DNA of 64,000 nucleotides from Minutocellus sp. GHC0000111 (taxonomy: Eukaryota): positions 3,658,001-3,722,000 of the forward strand of contig OZ361256.1 of NCBI GenBank assembly GCA_977018835.1, read 5' to 3'. A model generated the notes under the pieces. It saw nothing but the letters and a program-made list of their open reading frames with translations, ran no database searches and was not told the origin of the DNA. The position numbers and the translations under genes were made by a program. This document shows, piece after piece, positions 23,334 to 37,100 of the stretch (the stretch's first letter is position 1; every line of letters starts with the position of its first letter).

Positions 23334-23975
23334 TCACTTCCTCGCAATCTCGTTAAACTCATTCGGTTTCTTCATGTGCTCAATGACCAGCTTGCTCACG
23401 GCCTTGAAGTTGGGATGTTCCGCCGATTTCATAAGCATGAATGCGGCACTCTGCGCCGTCGTCAGGTATGCCCCGGCACCGGCCATCCGCTGCAGTGCCA
23501 CCTCCCGATCAATCGGCTGCTGACTGCTCACACCGTCCACAATCACATGGACGTCGTGTCCCATCTCCAACAGATCTAGACAAGTTTGCTGGACACATAC
23601 GTGAGCCTCGATTCCAAACAGAATGTAGGAAGTGCGATCCTTCATGTCGGGTTTCGCCAAATGATCCAATACCTCTGGTGTCATCATGCTGAACAGCTTC
23701 TTCTCGAATATCGGCGTCGATTCCAAATCGGCCGGATCGGCAAAGCATCCCGGCACAGTCGGACCGAACGCTTTCGTGTACTGTTGTGTGGCAACGACGG
23801 GGATATCGAGAGCCTTGCCCACCGAGGTTAGGAATTGGGCGGTGCTAACGACGGTGTCGGTTTTGTAGATGAGGGGACTGAAACGTTCTTGAATGTCGCA
23901 CAGCAAGAGGCAGGAGGTGGCGGGTGACAGCTTGCCGACGTGACGGGCGGCGGCAGATAGAGCCGAGGAGGACAT
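23334..23975 (-). CDS. Isochorismatase-domain protein (ISOC1/ISOC2-like)
   Basis: LLCDIQERF, TQQYTKAFGPTV, KKLFSM, GIEAHVCVQQT.LDLL, VDGVSS. Confidence 0.92.
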   Translation of the reverse strand: MSSSALSAAARHVGKLSPATSCLLLCDIQERFSPLIYKTDTVVSTAQFLTSVGKALDIPVVATQQYTKAFGPTVPGCFADPADLESTPIFEKKLFSMMTPEVLDHLAKPDMKDRTSYILFGIEAHVCVQQTCLDLLEMGHDVHVIVDGVSSQQPIDREVALQRMAGAGAYLTTAQSAAFMLMKSAEHPNFKAVSKLVIEHMKKPNEFNEIARK

Positions 23976-24412
23976 GGCGCAGAATAGAAGCGTGGTGAGC
24001 CGGAGCAGTACCGGTAGGAGCATACAAACGCAAGGCTCGGCTAATACAGTCCATACAAGCGCCATTGCATGTTGGGAGAGTGTACGGCTAGTATTTAGTC
24101 CCGTCAGATTTGATCCCGCTTTCCAACGTCATGCATGGCAAAAACGGCAAGTCGCAACCACCACAACAGCCCCCGAGCACAAACGATCCGGAATTGCCGA
24201 TCGTCTCGTTTTGTTTTGACTCAGCCGCATTCTTGCTCGATGGATTGCCGATAGCACATCTCTGATCGGTGTTCACAACTTGTGCTCGATTTTCTCCTCG
24301 CTCGGTAGCACAACTCAAGACAACGCAACTCAGAGGAACGTCGTCGTGAAGTTGAAGTGTGCAGTCACTTATTGTCCAAAGGACCCTACTCCATTGATTG
24401 CTAGTTGTCGTC

Positions 24413-26091
24413 ATGGGCTGCCTCCCCTGCGCTGCCCAGTGAGAAAAGTGGGGCCGCAATCGCAAGCGCCGGCGGGCGCTCAAATCGCTCATGAAGCGGC
24501 TGCGCGACGACGACCCGACATTGACATATCGTGCTGGAAGATCACCGACCGGCAGCTCAAGACCATCAGCAAGGCATTGGTGTACAACCACTACCTGCGC
24601 CGGTTGGACGTGCAGTCCAATCAGATTACCGACAAGGGGGTGGACTACTTGGCCGACGCACTGCAGAGGAACAAATATCTGCAAGAACTTTGGCTCGGAC
24701 GGAATCCCAAGATTACCGAACGGGGCATCGAGGCGCTGTCTCAGGCACTATGTCGCAACTCTGGCCTTGAACGATTGTCGTTGGAAAAGATCGGTCCGCA
24801 GGCGGTTGGGATTACAGATTGTTTTGGCAAGACCGCCAGGCTGGAACGGCTGTACCTCGGGCAGAACGAGCTTGGGGAGAATGGAATCGACCGAGTCTGC
24901 ATGAGCCTGCGGCAGAATGCACGGACCAACACCATCAAGATACTCAGCCTCAACGACAACGACATTTGCGACCACGGTGCTACCTCGATCGGGCGTATGT
25001 TGCGGGAAGTGAACAATTTGGAATGTCTTAACCTGAGAACGAATAAAATCGATAACGATGGGGTCGCACAGATTGCGTCGGCCTTGCGAAAGAACGGATA
25101 CAACACCGTCAACATGTTGCGGTTGGGATACAATCAGATTGACGATCAGGGTGCCTCGTTTCTTGCCGATGCTCTGGTCGATAATCATACACTCGAAAAG
25201 CTTGACTTGGAGGGAAATGCGCTGGGTGTGGTTGGGGCCGAAAGTTTGGCCAAGGCCTTGGAATCCAATTCGACTCTCCTGGTGCTAAGTCTCGGATACA
25301 ATTCCATCAGCAATAAATTCGAGTCCAACATGGACTGGCTCAAGTACAAAAGCATTGGCGATGATGGGGCAACCTTTTTGGCTGACGCACTGAAGGTCAA
25401 TACAACGCTCAAGGTGATTGGGCTGGAACGAGACGGTGTCAAGGATGATGGAGCTATTGCTCTGGCGGAAGCGTTGAGAGTCAACGACAGTCTGCGGACG
25501 ATACATATGGACGAGAATGTGATCGGTGAGCGTGGATTCGAAGCGCTTACCGATGCCATGCGAGTGAATCATACCTTTCATAAAATTTCCGGGATGAAGA
25601 ATGAAATGATGAAACAGAAGGAATTACGAAAGCTGTGCAAGATCAATCGCGATTGCATGGATGGGGCGATGGCACGAGAACAGAAATATCAGGTCTTTGG
25701 ATACGACGATGGAAGGAGGAGCAACGGATACAACGACTACAGAGGAGAGGAGGAAAAGCGAGAAATGGTCGAAGAGGCTCCGACGCCACGGAAATCAGGC
25801 GGAGGTGCAAGCAAATGGGCTGCATTGAGAAGTGCGGTTGTTTCCAATAGCAATAGTAATCCAAGAGCACCGCCAGAGCAGCGGCCTCCGCAAGTTGGTC
25901 GGGCAAGTGGTATGGGACAATCGGCTAGTATGAGAAATTCACGGTCTAGTGGTCCACCACCATCGAGGATGAGACAGAGCATGCAGAATGGTGGTCGTGC
26001 TGGAGGGCCAAGGTCATTGACAGCACGAGGAGGAGGAGGAAGGGGAAGGGGGCGTGGAGGGGGCGGAGGTCCGAGGATGAGTCAGAGATAG
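24413..26091 (+). pseudogene. RNI-like (NLRC3-type) leucine-rich-repeat protein with premature TGA at 24440 and frameshift near 24530
   Basis: Many LxxLxLxxNxIxDxGAxxLAxAL repeats. The N-terminus MGCLPCAAQ*EKWGR..MKRLRDDDPTLT is out of frame with the LRRs. Confidence 0.75.
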
Positions 26092-26233
26092 GCGCATATG
26101 GATTTTGATTTTTATCCTGATAACAGGTTAGCGTTTGTTAAGTCTATAAGCGCACACATGTAAGAGGAGACCCAGATATTATCCTTAAAAGATAGTTGCT
26201 TCTGCACCGTCGTTTGTCCTACACATAGATCAT

Positions 26234-27196
26234 TTAGACTTCGGGGGGGATACACTGAGTAAGGAGCGGAACGATAGAGGGACATTTTGATTCTGTAACG
26301 GTACTAAGAGCAAAAAGAGCGTTGCAAATTTCAGCAAACGTATATTGGACCATCTCAGACAAGAATGCTTCCTCGAAAAGGATGGGGGACCAGCCAAGGT
26401 CTTTGCGAGAAACAAAATCCCTTGGCAATCGGTTGTACTTGAGGAATTTCTTCGCCTGTTTCAAGTTCAGTTTGGTTTGGAGTGTGAATTCTTCGGAGGG
26501 TTGGCTTTGAAGGAGGAAGAGGGCAAACTTTTCACCCGCGATTGCATTGATAAGGTTGCCGTCTAGAACATTGAAGAATTCCCGATTGTTCTCGCAGCTG
26601 TCTTCCAAACGTTCGATCTGAAAGTTGATGACGTCTACAATAGTAACCGTGTCGCCGTCAACAGAGCTCACGAACTGATCGAAAAGGTCTTCGCTGAACG
26701 GTGCACTTTCTTCAAAGTAGTCGTCGACACTGAATAACGAAGAATCGTGGTTGGGAATTCCATTCCGCAAAAACAAAGCGTCGAGGTCGAATGCTATTTC
26801 TCCCGTTTCCTCATCAGTTTCAATGCCCATCCCGGCTTCAATGTTGGGGGAAATAAGGGCGTGCATGGCCTCGATCGAAAGTCCAAAGACATCCTCACCG
26901 GCCTGAGCCAAATCATTTATGTTGATATTCCTTCCGTCATGACTGATGTAACCGTGGTTGGCCAAGGTGTTGAGAGCAGGACAAGGGCCTCGGACGCTGG
27001 TGCTACTGCTGCTGCTCCTGCTGCGCATGGTTGATCGACTGCTGCTGGTGCTACTGCTGCTGCTGTCACTGCTATCACTAGTGCTGGTGGTGCTGTTGCT
27101 TGTGGCGGTAGTAGAGGTATTATCGTCTGGAGCGGCGCGAATCGGCGTTGCGAGTATTGCGGCAACGACGAAGAAGGGCTTGATGATGGGCGTCAT
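26234..27196 (-). CDS. Secreted heme-thiolate peroxidase / unspecific peroxygenase family (Peroxidase_2)
   Basis: Signal peptide, S/T linker, RGPCPALNTLANHGYI proximal-Cys motif, and NHDSSL at the EHD position. Confidence 0.85.
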   Translation of the reverse strand: MTPIIKPFFVVAAILATPIRAAPDDNTSTTATSNSTTSTSDSSDSSSSSTSSSRSTMRSRSSSSSTSVRGPCPALNTLANHGYISHDGRNININDLAQAGEDVFGLSIEAMHALISPNIEAGMGIETDEETGEIAFDLDALFLRNGIPNHDSSLFSVDDYFEESAPFSEDLFDQFVSSVDGDTVTIVDVINFQIERLEDSCENNREFFNVLDGNLINAIAGEKFALFLLQSQPSEEFTLQTKLNLKQAKKFLKYNRLPRDFVSRKDLGWSPILFEEAFLSEMVQYTFAEICNALFALSTVTESKCPSIVPLLTQCIPPEV

Positions 27197-28151
27197 GTTT
27201 CGTTTTGTATGCTCGCTCGCTCTGTGATTGCAATTCTCACTCCAACTTCCCCCTCTGCACAGTTAGCGACCCACTAACATGTGATGGTCGGCCCAATATT
27301 GTTGTAGTCTTGCAATAAGTCTCTTCTGATTGTCTTGTGCTTGCCTGTGCCTGCCCCGTCTACTTGTCCCCTTTCGGATGTGCTTAGATTGATTCGCCCC
27401 TTCAGATTCGATTCGGATATACATCGATAGGGAAGGAGAGCTCAAAGAAAATATATATTTTGCCTCCAAATAAATCAAAACAAGCGCCAAGCACTGTCAT
27501 GCATCATTGTGCCGATGAGCTCGCGAAGCCGAAAAAGCCAGAATGACGATGAGGCAGCATCTGGTGCTTCGCAACAAATCCATATTATCAATTTGCGATT
27601 GCGCTTTTCCTTTCAAAAACAAGTTGATAAATTTTATTACGGGAAAATCATCACTTTTTCCGAAGAAAAAGACTTGCTTTCCCTTCTTGAAACCGAAAAA
27701 GAGGGATATCCCCTCTTCAAGAGGGGGGACTAAAAAGGTGTTTCCCTAAAACTAGACTTTTTAAACTTCAAAGATTAGGTCAGTTTCCTCCCTATTATTT
27801 GTCTTTTATTATTATTGAAATATTTTACTACAGATTCAACTACTTTGTACTGAAATTCTCATTGGTCCCGTGAACCCGGATATTGGAGCTGCTTGAGATT
27901 TTCACACAGCTTGCCGCTCACTCACCTCGTCATTTTTCCTCCAGTTGCCTCCGATCCAACCAAAAGCCAATACCGCAAAGATTACCATTCACAGATTTAT
28001 CCTTGCGGTCTTTTCGATCGCCTATCTAATTCCATTCGCATCATCTACCGATAGCAGCACCAGAAGCAGCATATCTTTGCCCTTTGTCAAACGCGACAAT
28101 ATTAATTCCCACGAACCAAACGAGCACATAATAATTGCAAATTCCAATTCC

Positions 28152-29713
28152 ATGAAAATGACCAACCCGAACGAAGAAATCCTCATCGATTCCAACCCCC
28201 AGAACTCGGCCGAGCAGCACGACCGCGTCTGCATCATTGGCAGCGGCAACTGGGGTTCGGCCATCGCCACCCTCGTCGGACGCAACTGCGCCCGTCTGCC
28301 GCATGTCGAAACGCAAGTTTCCATGTGGGTGTACGAGGAGGTGGTCCAGCTGGAGGATGGCACCGAGCGCAAGCTCACGGAGGTCATCAACGAGCAGCAC
28401 GAGAATGTCAAGTATCTGCCGGGCATCAAATTGCCGGAGAATGTCGTGGCCGTCCCCGACCTGGCCGAGGCATGCGATCAGGCCACGTTGCTCATCTTTG
28501 TGCTTCCGCATCAATTTTTGCCCCGGCTCATTCCGACCATCAAGGCCAATTGCCACCCCAGTTGCCGCGGCGTCAGTCTTATCAAGGGACTTGGTAAGTG
28601 CTTGTTGTGCATATGCGTGAATTATGTGGTTTGTTCGCGGCACTATCGGACGTCGGCGAGGTCGAGCGGCGGATTGCCCATGGTTCCTCCAACGAGATCG
28701 GAAGAAGAATTCCGGCATATCTTGCAACCCTAATTTGGCCCTCTCAGAATACGTCAGCGAAAGACATGCAAAAAATGCGGATGTGGCGGGAAAATCACGA
28801 TCTGCCTTTGCGGGCCAAATTCAAATCTTACCTGCTTGTCGATCGTACAAACATCAATATCTCACTTATTCTTCGCCCGTTTACTCTCGCAATCAATCAA
28901 ATATGTGCAGACTTCTGCCCCGACACCAAGAATCCGGTTCTCATCAGCCGCTCCATCGAGGAGGCCATGGGAGATGACTTCCAGAGCGGTGTCCTCATGG
29001 GCGCCAACGTTGCCTCCGAGGTGGCCCTCGGTCAGATGTGCGAGTCGACCCTGGCGTCCAACTTTGGCCCTCCGGCAGACGAGCTGACTCGGCAGATTTT
29101 TGACCACCCGCCATCCTTCCGCGTCCAGCACATTAGCGACGTGGCCGGTGCCGAAGTGTGCGGCGCGCTCAAGAACGTCATCGCCCTCGGTGCCGGTTTC
29201 GTCGATGGACTCAACCTCGGTGGCAATACCAAGGCTGCCCTCCTTCGAGTGGGCCTTCGTGAGATGGCCAAGTTCTGCAAGATGTTCTTCGATGGAGTCG
29301 AGGACAACACCTTCATGGAATCGTGCGGCATGGCCGATCTCATCACCACCTGTTACGGTGGACGTAATCGCAAGTGTGCCGAGGCCTTTGCCCGGCAGCA
29401 TCTCGACGAGGAGCTCAACGGTACCCTCAAGAATGACGACGGCGAGGAGATCCTCGTCGATCCTCACCACACCAACGCAGCACACGAGAAGGTCTGCGAG
29501 CAGCGATGGCAGAAGATCGAGGAGGAGCTGCTGTCCGGCCAGAAGCTTCAAGGCACCCTCACGTGCAAGGAGGCCTACCTCGTACTGGAGAAGAAAGGCA
29601 TGCTCGAGGAGTTCCCCCTCATCAACAAGATTCACGAGATTGCCTTCCAGGGCCGGCCGATCGATTCCATCGTCGAGGGAGTCATCGCTACCCCCATGCA
29701 GGCCAGCTTATGA
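28152..29713 (+). CDS. GPD1: NAD-dependent glycerol-3-phosphate dehydrogenase; intron 28594-28910; frame open upstream to 27945
   Basis: [59 protein letters not shown]. Confidence 0.95.
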
Positions 29714-30113
29714 TGAGGTTGATATCAAGCCTGATATACTCGTCCCAATTTTGTACATACATATTGAAAGACGCTCGGGCAAGAGATGACGCAAGGACGC
29801 ATGACGATACTTGATGCTCTGGAAACATTTCAGGGTCGTCGCGTCGCAGTCTCCAAGACCCCACGAAGCGCACTGTTTTATCTAGCTACCGTTTATTCCC
29901 GCTACTAACTGTGATACGGAGGATATGAATATATATCTCATCGAGCAAGCAAGGATTGTTTTATTGTATGAGAGGAAAAAAGAAAGGCGATGGAAGACCA
30001 AGTCTGATCATCGGTCGCCTGTTGCATTTGTATTATTGATAATCTAAAAAAAGAAATCACACCAGCACATATCTAGCTAGCAATGCCACGTCTTTCTAAG
30101 TAAGTTTGATAAC

Positions 30114-31883
30114 TCAGAGCAAGCCACCATCGTCAGCGTGCGCGGTAAAGAATTTCAATGCCGCATCGAGGTGCCAGCTCTCTTTCCCATGCTCGTCGTA
30201 TGGCGCTCGGCAATCTAAAGATGGAGGTGGTCCTTCTCCGGGTGAGCAGTGAGTTCTACATACAATTTCCCTTCGCCCTCGTATGTCGTAGGTGTACCGT
30301 GCTGGAGTCGAGCTGACAACTTGGCATAAGTGATCCTCTGCCCAAACTCGATGTTGCCAAAATGCGTCAACATAATAGTACCGTCACCATCAAGCACTTC
30401 ATTGAATCGCCTTGCACCATCGCCAGGAGGCACGCTCTCGTCGTACTCTCCATAAATCCCAATGGCAGGTAGCTTCCGGTTCGTGCCCTTTCCTTGCAGA
30501 AAGTCCCACATGGTTAGCCCTTGCGCAGATGCAATGCCAGCAAGAAACGGCGCAGATCGTCGATCCTGCCCAAGTGTCCAAGCCATCATACCGCCATTGC
30601 TGTACCCAAAGATGTATACTCGACTGGGATCAACGCACAGAAAATTTGGAAGCTCTTGGATCAATTCCACAATGAACTCCACGTCGTCGTCCAAGCACTG
30701 AGTCCACCCACAGCGACTTCTCCCGCATCCGTTGCAGCTAGGAAAGCAATGGTCCGGCTCGAAGAGGGAGTTGTCGCAGCTCGTAATGGTCCGTCCATCT
30801 TGTCCCCTCCCATCGCGACTCCCTGGCACTGCCCAACTCGCCGGGTAATCTGGTCCTTCTGACAAGCCCTCAGGTGCTACCATTACGTAGCCATTCGAGT
30901 CGGCGTACGGTCTCCATTCGTTATTGTCTCTGGTGAACTCATTGCCGCCAGAGCAACCATCGATTGACCAACCGTGCAGCATGAGAACAATTGGTGCTGG
31001 CGTGACCTTATTGTAGGATGGCGGAGTGTATATCTTGAACTCACGTCTTGGTCGGCCATTTCGTTGCAGGTATTGGGTGAAGTAGCCATTGTGAGATGTA
31101 TATCTCAGCGCTTGACAATTCTGCTGCATTCCATTTCTGGAAATTTATGGGACCATCATCTTTTAGAGCAAACTTGCCAAGTCGCACTCTTAACAATGGT
31201 ATTGCTTCACCATCATTTCCTCCTGCCACAACAATGTCGATGCTTCGGACGTATCCCAGCTTGCGATTGTACCGAAGAGCATAGTTGGTGTACGTGTAGT
31301 CCGATTGGATAATGTCTCTGACTGTGAGGAAAATTTTCTCAATGGATGGATAAGATGGTGGCGTTGTTCTCTTCTGATCAGCATCGACATCGACGACTCT
31401 TGGAAGGGTGAGATCGTTGGAGTGGCCATCATCATAAGTGACAAGTCGGTATTGGTATCGTTCGTTGGAGGTTATTCGAAGAAATTTACGATACTGCCGC
31501 CTCCATCTTCGCATTTCGGCTTGGACGTTGATTTTGCTGCTCGTCGGTGCTCGTCTATCGGCAGCCATTTGTTCTTCGTCTATTTTGTGTTCTTTATCGG
31601 CGTTGCCGGTTTCTCTTCGTTGTGGCGCTGAACTGGACAAATATCTTTTGACTTTGTCGCCGTCTCTTTTCTTGGAAGAAGGCACGGCATGGTCTCGAGA
31701 CTTGCCATTGTCAACGATCAACTCGCCGTGCATGGAGACCTCACCGTCGGCAGGTGCTATAATGTTCTGCGCATGATTCGTGATGGAAAGCAGAAAACAA
31801 GCAATGGCGACGAGGGTAAGAAACCCTGCCGCGGACGCACTGGTAGCAAACGCCGCGAGACGAGCTCCACCACCAAACACCAT
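30114..31883 (-). pseudogene. Membrane-anchored PHB-depolymerase/LpqC-type esterase with frameshifts near 31145 and 30380
   Basis: N-terminal TM; PIVLMLHG, VAPEG, DDVEFI, VDPSRVYIFGYSNGGMM (GxSxG). The C-terminus with His (DEHG) continues in a third frame to TGA at 30114. Confidence 0.75.
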
Positions 31884-32173
31884 CCTTTCTTCGCAACCCA
31901 GGCTAGCGGCTGCACTGATGCGCCTGTACTAGCTAGCTACGTAGCGAGTACGAGTAGAAGCTATTAGCGGCTTCACGGCCGTCGTTTGCCGTTCTGCTTG
32001 TCACACATGCCCCCATCTTTGGAGGGGCGGGGAGGACTCCGCAAATTTCTCCCGAAACTATCTCTTTCCCCTCTACATGTAATGTTTCCATCGACGGCCA
32101 GACGATCGATCGTCATTTCATGTCATTTTTTTTTCTGCGAATTCAAAAAGCAAGTCATCAAGCACGCACGACG

Positions 32174-34038
32174 ATGACGAACGGCGAGGTGGAACCGGCG
32201 CCGGCGCCCGCCAACCCAGCAGCCCCCGCGGAAAACGACAATCACGACGACGACGCCGAGGCCGACGCCCTGCCCCACGACGAGGAGGCTTCGTACTGCT
32301 CCACCACCTCCGAGGAAAGTCTGGCCCATTCCGATGAAGATGACGATGACGACGAAGCAGGCGAAGCGGGCGATACCATCGCCTCGCCCTCCCGCACATC
32401 CTCCGCCCGACGAACCGTCCGCACCCCCTCGTTTTCGTACGATGATCTGGCCCGTCGGCCGAGATCGAATCCCCGCACGAGGTTTCCACTGCGGAATCCC
32501 AGCCCGCTGCTGCAAGATTTGAGACGGGAGCAGCACGTGGCTGCTTCGGCCGAGACGGCAAATGCGGCACGTAACGTGTCAGGGACGCAATCTCCTCAGA
32601 TACGGGCGGCTCCTCAAGATGCGGGAAGTGCAGCGACTAATGCGAATGGATCTAGTACAGTAAATAGTACTGTGTCTTCCCCGCAGCCGCAGCCGCAGCA
32701 GCAGCGCGTCACCATCCGCCTCGCGCCGGCCTGCCCGTCGGCTCGCTCCCCTCCTCTTCAGCCACTGCCGCAGCTCGGGCATCTGCCCCCTCCCAAACCG
32801 CCACCAGATGGAATGCCCATCAAACCACCGCCCAGCGATCCACGAAGCAGGGACCCTCCCGCCGCAAAGTCCGTCGCTGGACCAACGATTCCATGCGCTC
32901 GATAGCCGCCGACTTGGCCCGGTCCAACACCCGGAAAAGTTTGGCGGCTGCCGACGTCTACGCGCGGGGTGTGGCCGATGGCGAGCTGAGGAGGCAGTAC
33001 GAGATGCCCAATGCCCCCCGAAATTACAGGAGCACCTTCGATGTGCTGACTCGGTTGGTCGATCGGTGGGAGTTGGAGGATAAGGATGACGGAGAGGAGG
33101 ATAATGGAGTGGAGGAGAGGGAAAATCTTCTTGGCGGTGGAGTCGGAGCTATGGTTGACAATACCAATGCCGGCAACCCAGCGGAATCGGATGCCTCCAC
33201 TTCTCGTGGTGGCAGTAGCAGCAGGCACCAAAATGAAGAACGTGCTTGCAGAAGAAGGAAGGAGTTAGAGAGAAAGAAGCGGGCGGAACTGCTGGCGGCC
33301 CGAGACAAGTTCCTCCGCGGGGAGACGGCTGCTGCTGTCCTGAATCCGGCAAACGAGTCCAGCCCCTCCAACGACGAGTCGAGATTTTCCTCCGGCGCGG
33401 CCATGTTTCGGCATCTCGATCCTAGGATTCGTTCCGTTGTCATACGGGCGGTTTCCTCTGCATCATCGTCAGCGTCGACGTCGACGATATCTTCGCCGAT
33501 GACGGTGACGACTCCGACAACGTACGCCGCCAGGCTGCTCAGTGCCATGGAAGATGTACTCGTGCATCAGAAGATGGCATCCGACGAAAGTCGCAAGTTG
33601 GTGGATGAAATTCTGGCACGGCCGTTGGTTGTCGATACCGGCAGTGGTGGTGATATGCATGCCGATTGTGATGAAAGCAAGGACGACAAGTCAAGCAGAA
33701 AGGGCAAGAAGAACAAGAAGGATAAGAAGACGAAGAATAGGTCCAGAAACAAGAACAAGGTTGGGAGCATGGCGTATCGGTTTCACTTTGAGGCCGCCAC
33801 AACGAACAATGCCACCGCGGGGAAGAATGCTGGATTTCACCGCCTCCTGCTACATGCTGTTTGTCAATTTCATGGGATGAATGCCTCGTCGTCGACTTGC
33901 TCGTATCGTGGCGGAGAGGACGAGGGGCAGAAGACAGCGGTGGATCGCGTACTGACGGTCACCGGTACGTGCCGTGGGAGGGAGCACCGGATTGTCGACG
34001 AGGCTTGCAGGTACATGTACATGGTGGAAGATTCGTAG
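32174..34038 (+). CDS. R3H-domain protein (R3HDM4-like) with one frameshift at roughly 32670-32760
   Basis: RRKVRRWTND R3H-associated motif and FHRLLLHAVCQFHGMNASS R3H motif. Confidence 0.65.
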
Positions 34039-34160
34039 CTTATGTCCATTCAATTTCATTTTACTACGTACAGTTAGCATGAAACATTTTTTACTTAAAT
34101 GTACAATTGCTAACCTAATGAATCAGTTTATGTTGTTCTGAAAGAGCGAGCTAGCTAGTA

Positions 34161-37100
34161 CTACATCGCGATCGCAGCGACCTTGCCAAGAGCCCCCCAC
34201 TCAATGTAGAGTTCCCTAGCCTCTGCCATGTATGGGGCTGATGTACCGGTAGTACCACTAGTCTCGGAATAGTATAAAGCAGCTCTCTCAAGACAAAGCG
34301 CTTGGTCGTGTATAAATTTGTGCTCCTTGGCCAAGTAGATTGCCTTCTCGTAGGCTGACTTTGCCTTCTCATGATCGCCTTTGCAATATGCTTCTTCTGC
34401 CTCCAGAAGCTGCATCATATGGCCGTAGTTCCACGGGGACGCTTCACTCCATGTCTTCATCTTTTCCATGCACGCACCACTAATAGTAGACCATTTATCG
34501 GCGTTCTCTCTGATACGGCAAAGTTGTGACGAGACAAGGCCGATGTGGAATGTGCCGTGAACAATGGATGCGTTCGGAAGGAAGAACATCTGGCCATACC
34601 TACTCTCAAATTTAGCCACAACGTTGTCCACTAGTTCTGCTGCTAAATCATACTGTCTGAACAGATATGCAATATAAATTCTGATACGAGAGATTTGCAT
34701 TATGAGGGAAAAGAAGTTTTTTTCTTCAGCGAGGGCCAATAATGCATCTTGGTCAGTAACATCGCCCGTCAAGGTAGACGGACCGCGACATGATGGGTCA
34801 AGAAGGTTCAGGGTGGCCTGCAGGAAAAGCTTGGTAATGATACTTAAGTTCTTCTCTTGCTTTTTGTTCATCTCGATAATGTGACTCTGTGCTGAAGTTT
34901 TGAGAGATCGAAGTGAATCACCAAAGTAAAAGCGGCATGCAATTTCACGATTCATTGAACCGAATACCTCTTCTCTATCGCCATATTCCATTGCTGTTCG
35001 CCATGCAACCTCCAATTGGGTAAAACTTGCTTGAGCAGGGTCTTTAGGAATCATTTGAGAGTAAACATTCACATACACCTGAGGTATAGCTTCTCTTGCT
35101 TTGAATCGGTCAATCAGAGAAAGGGCGAGATGCTTATATTTGTTTCCAAGTGATAAATTCCCAGAGTTGGCGAGAAGATAGGCATAACACCCAATAGCCA
35201 TAATAGAAATGTTGCAAACGACATGCTCCACGGTCAACTGTACCATCCGGCACATTGATACTGCCATTAGCTCCCTATGTGCCATGAAGGTGTACCGAGA
35301 AATCAGTGAGAGCATCTTCATTGCGAACAATGCCTTCTTATCTTGCATAACTCGAGCAAACATGATGTCCGTGGGCAAGGTCTCAAGCATGGCTCTAGTC
35401 TGATCAATGACCATAAGGGCGGTATTTGTATCAGGATGATTAGGAAGTACAACTCCAAGCTTCTTCAGCACATCTAAACCAGTGATTGCAGCTTTGACCA
35501 AGCTGCCTCGACTTCCTGCCGCCTGCACCAAGGAGAGATATGCCGGGAGAGTATCTTCAAATTTCTTTGCCTTATCGAATATGGCATTCGCCGTTCCCTC
35601 GACTTGATCTAATTCACCTCCAATATTGTTTGCTTCTGAGCTTACCGAATACAAGCCAAGAGGAAGCCGATAGTCCGATCTCCAGTGATCTTCATCCAAC
35701 AAGGAGATTCCCTGGGCTGAAAACATCGCCGCTGCTGTGTGGGCGAAGAAGGACATGGCTTTGTCTGCTGCTCTCAGGTACAATTCCGCTACCCGCGTCT
35801 TCTCTCCGCGATCACTTATCAACGATAAGCCACGGCCAAACTGATCAACAATGATGAAAAAAAAGCTGTCTATATCACCAGCATTGGTCTTTGAAAGCAA
35901 AAGGCGAGCAATTTGCACATGCAATGCGGTCTGTTCGTCAAGGCTGATGAGCGAATAGGCAGCCAATTTAATCTGATCATGACTGAACTTGTAAACAGTT
36001 GACGTCGGTGTCTGAGATTTGATTAGCAATCCATCCAGTACTGCGATGTTCAAATTATCCGTCATGGTAGGACCGCGAGAGTGATTAAACTCTTCTGGTC
36101 CGAGAAGGTCCAGCGTCTTTTTATCAAACTCGTGACCAAGGCAAGCAGCCAGCTTGAGGCTCATCAGTACCTCCTCGGAATAACGAAGCATCTTGCCCAT
36201 CATGATCTCGGCGACGGTATCGGCAACTGTCTTTTCTGAAATCGTTTCGGCATCCCATTCCCACTGGCGAGACGAAGCAGAATATCGAAGTAATCCCTCC
36301 TCGTAAAGCGACTTGAGGAATTGGATGACGAAGAGAGGCTGACCGCCGGTTTTGCTGTGGATCAGACTTGCCAGAGGCCGAGCCTGAGACGGCATGATTC
36401 CAAGAGTGTCAGATATCAAGGTAGTTACACTCGACCGGTCGATGCTGTCGACATGCACATTATTCCTAGCTGTGGACGATTCTTCAATAGAACACAATGT
36501 TCTCAGCAAAGGATGGCCCTCGGCAACCTCTCTATCTCGGTAGCAGGCCACAAGAAGGAAAGACGAGATGTCGGCATCTGATGCAATGGCTTCAATGAGC
36601 GCAAGAGAAAACCCATCCGCCCATTGTAAATCATCGATCACGAGGACAATCGGATGATCCTTGCATGATACGCACTTGATGAGGTGTCGGACACAAAAGA
36701 GAAGGCGCATGAACGCCGCCTGACCAGTGAGGTCCGGCATTTCACCTTCCGTTGAACCAATGATGGCACTAAGGCTCGGTATCAAGCTCAACAATACATT
36801 CATTTCGGAGCCAAGGGCAGATTCTAGTCGCTCCTTCGTAGCCTGAAGTTCAGGACCACCTTGGTGAACGATCTCGGAGCACAAGGTGTTGAGGGCAGAA
36901 AATATTACAGGTACTTGTTTCACCTGCTGCAACTCATCGAATTTCTCACTGAGGTAGAATCCTCCGAAACGCTCTATAGGATCACGAAGTTGCATGGCCA
37001 AGGCACTTTTGCCCGTTCCAGAGGCGCCTGTAATGCATAGGATCGAACGGCTTCCATTTAGAGATAGGTCCTGAAATGCCTCGTCCAGCTCTGATAGTTG

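Noticed and set aside
24440..24442. In-frame TGA as selenocysteine or recoding
   Set aside because: A frameshift follows ~90 bp later, no SECIS was recognised, and TGA ends other genes normally.
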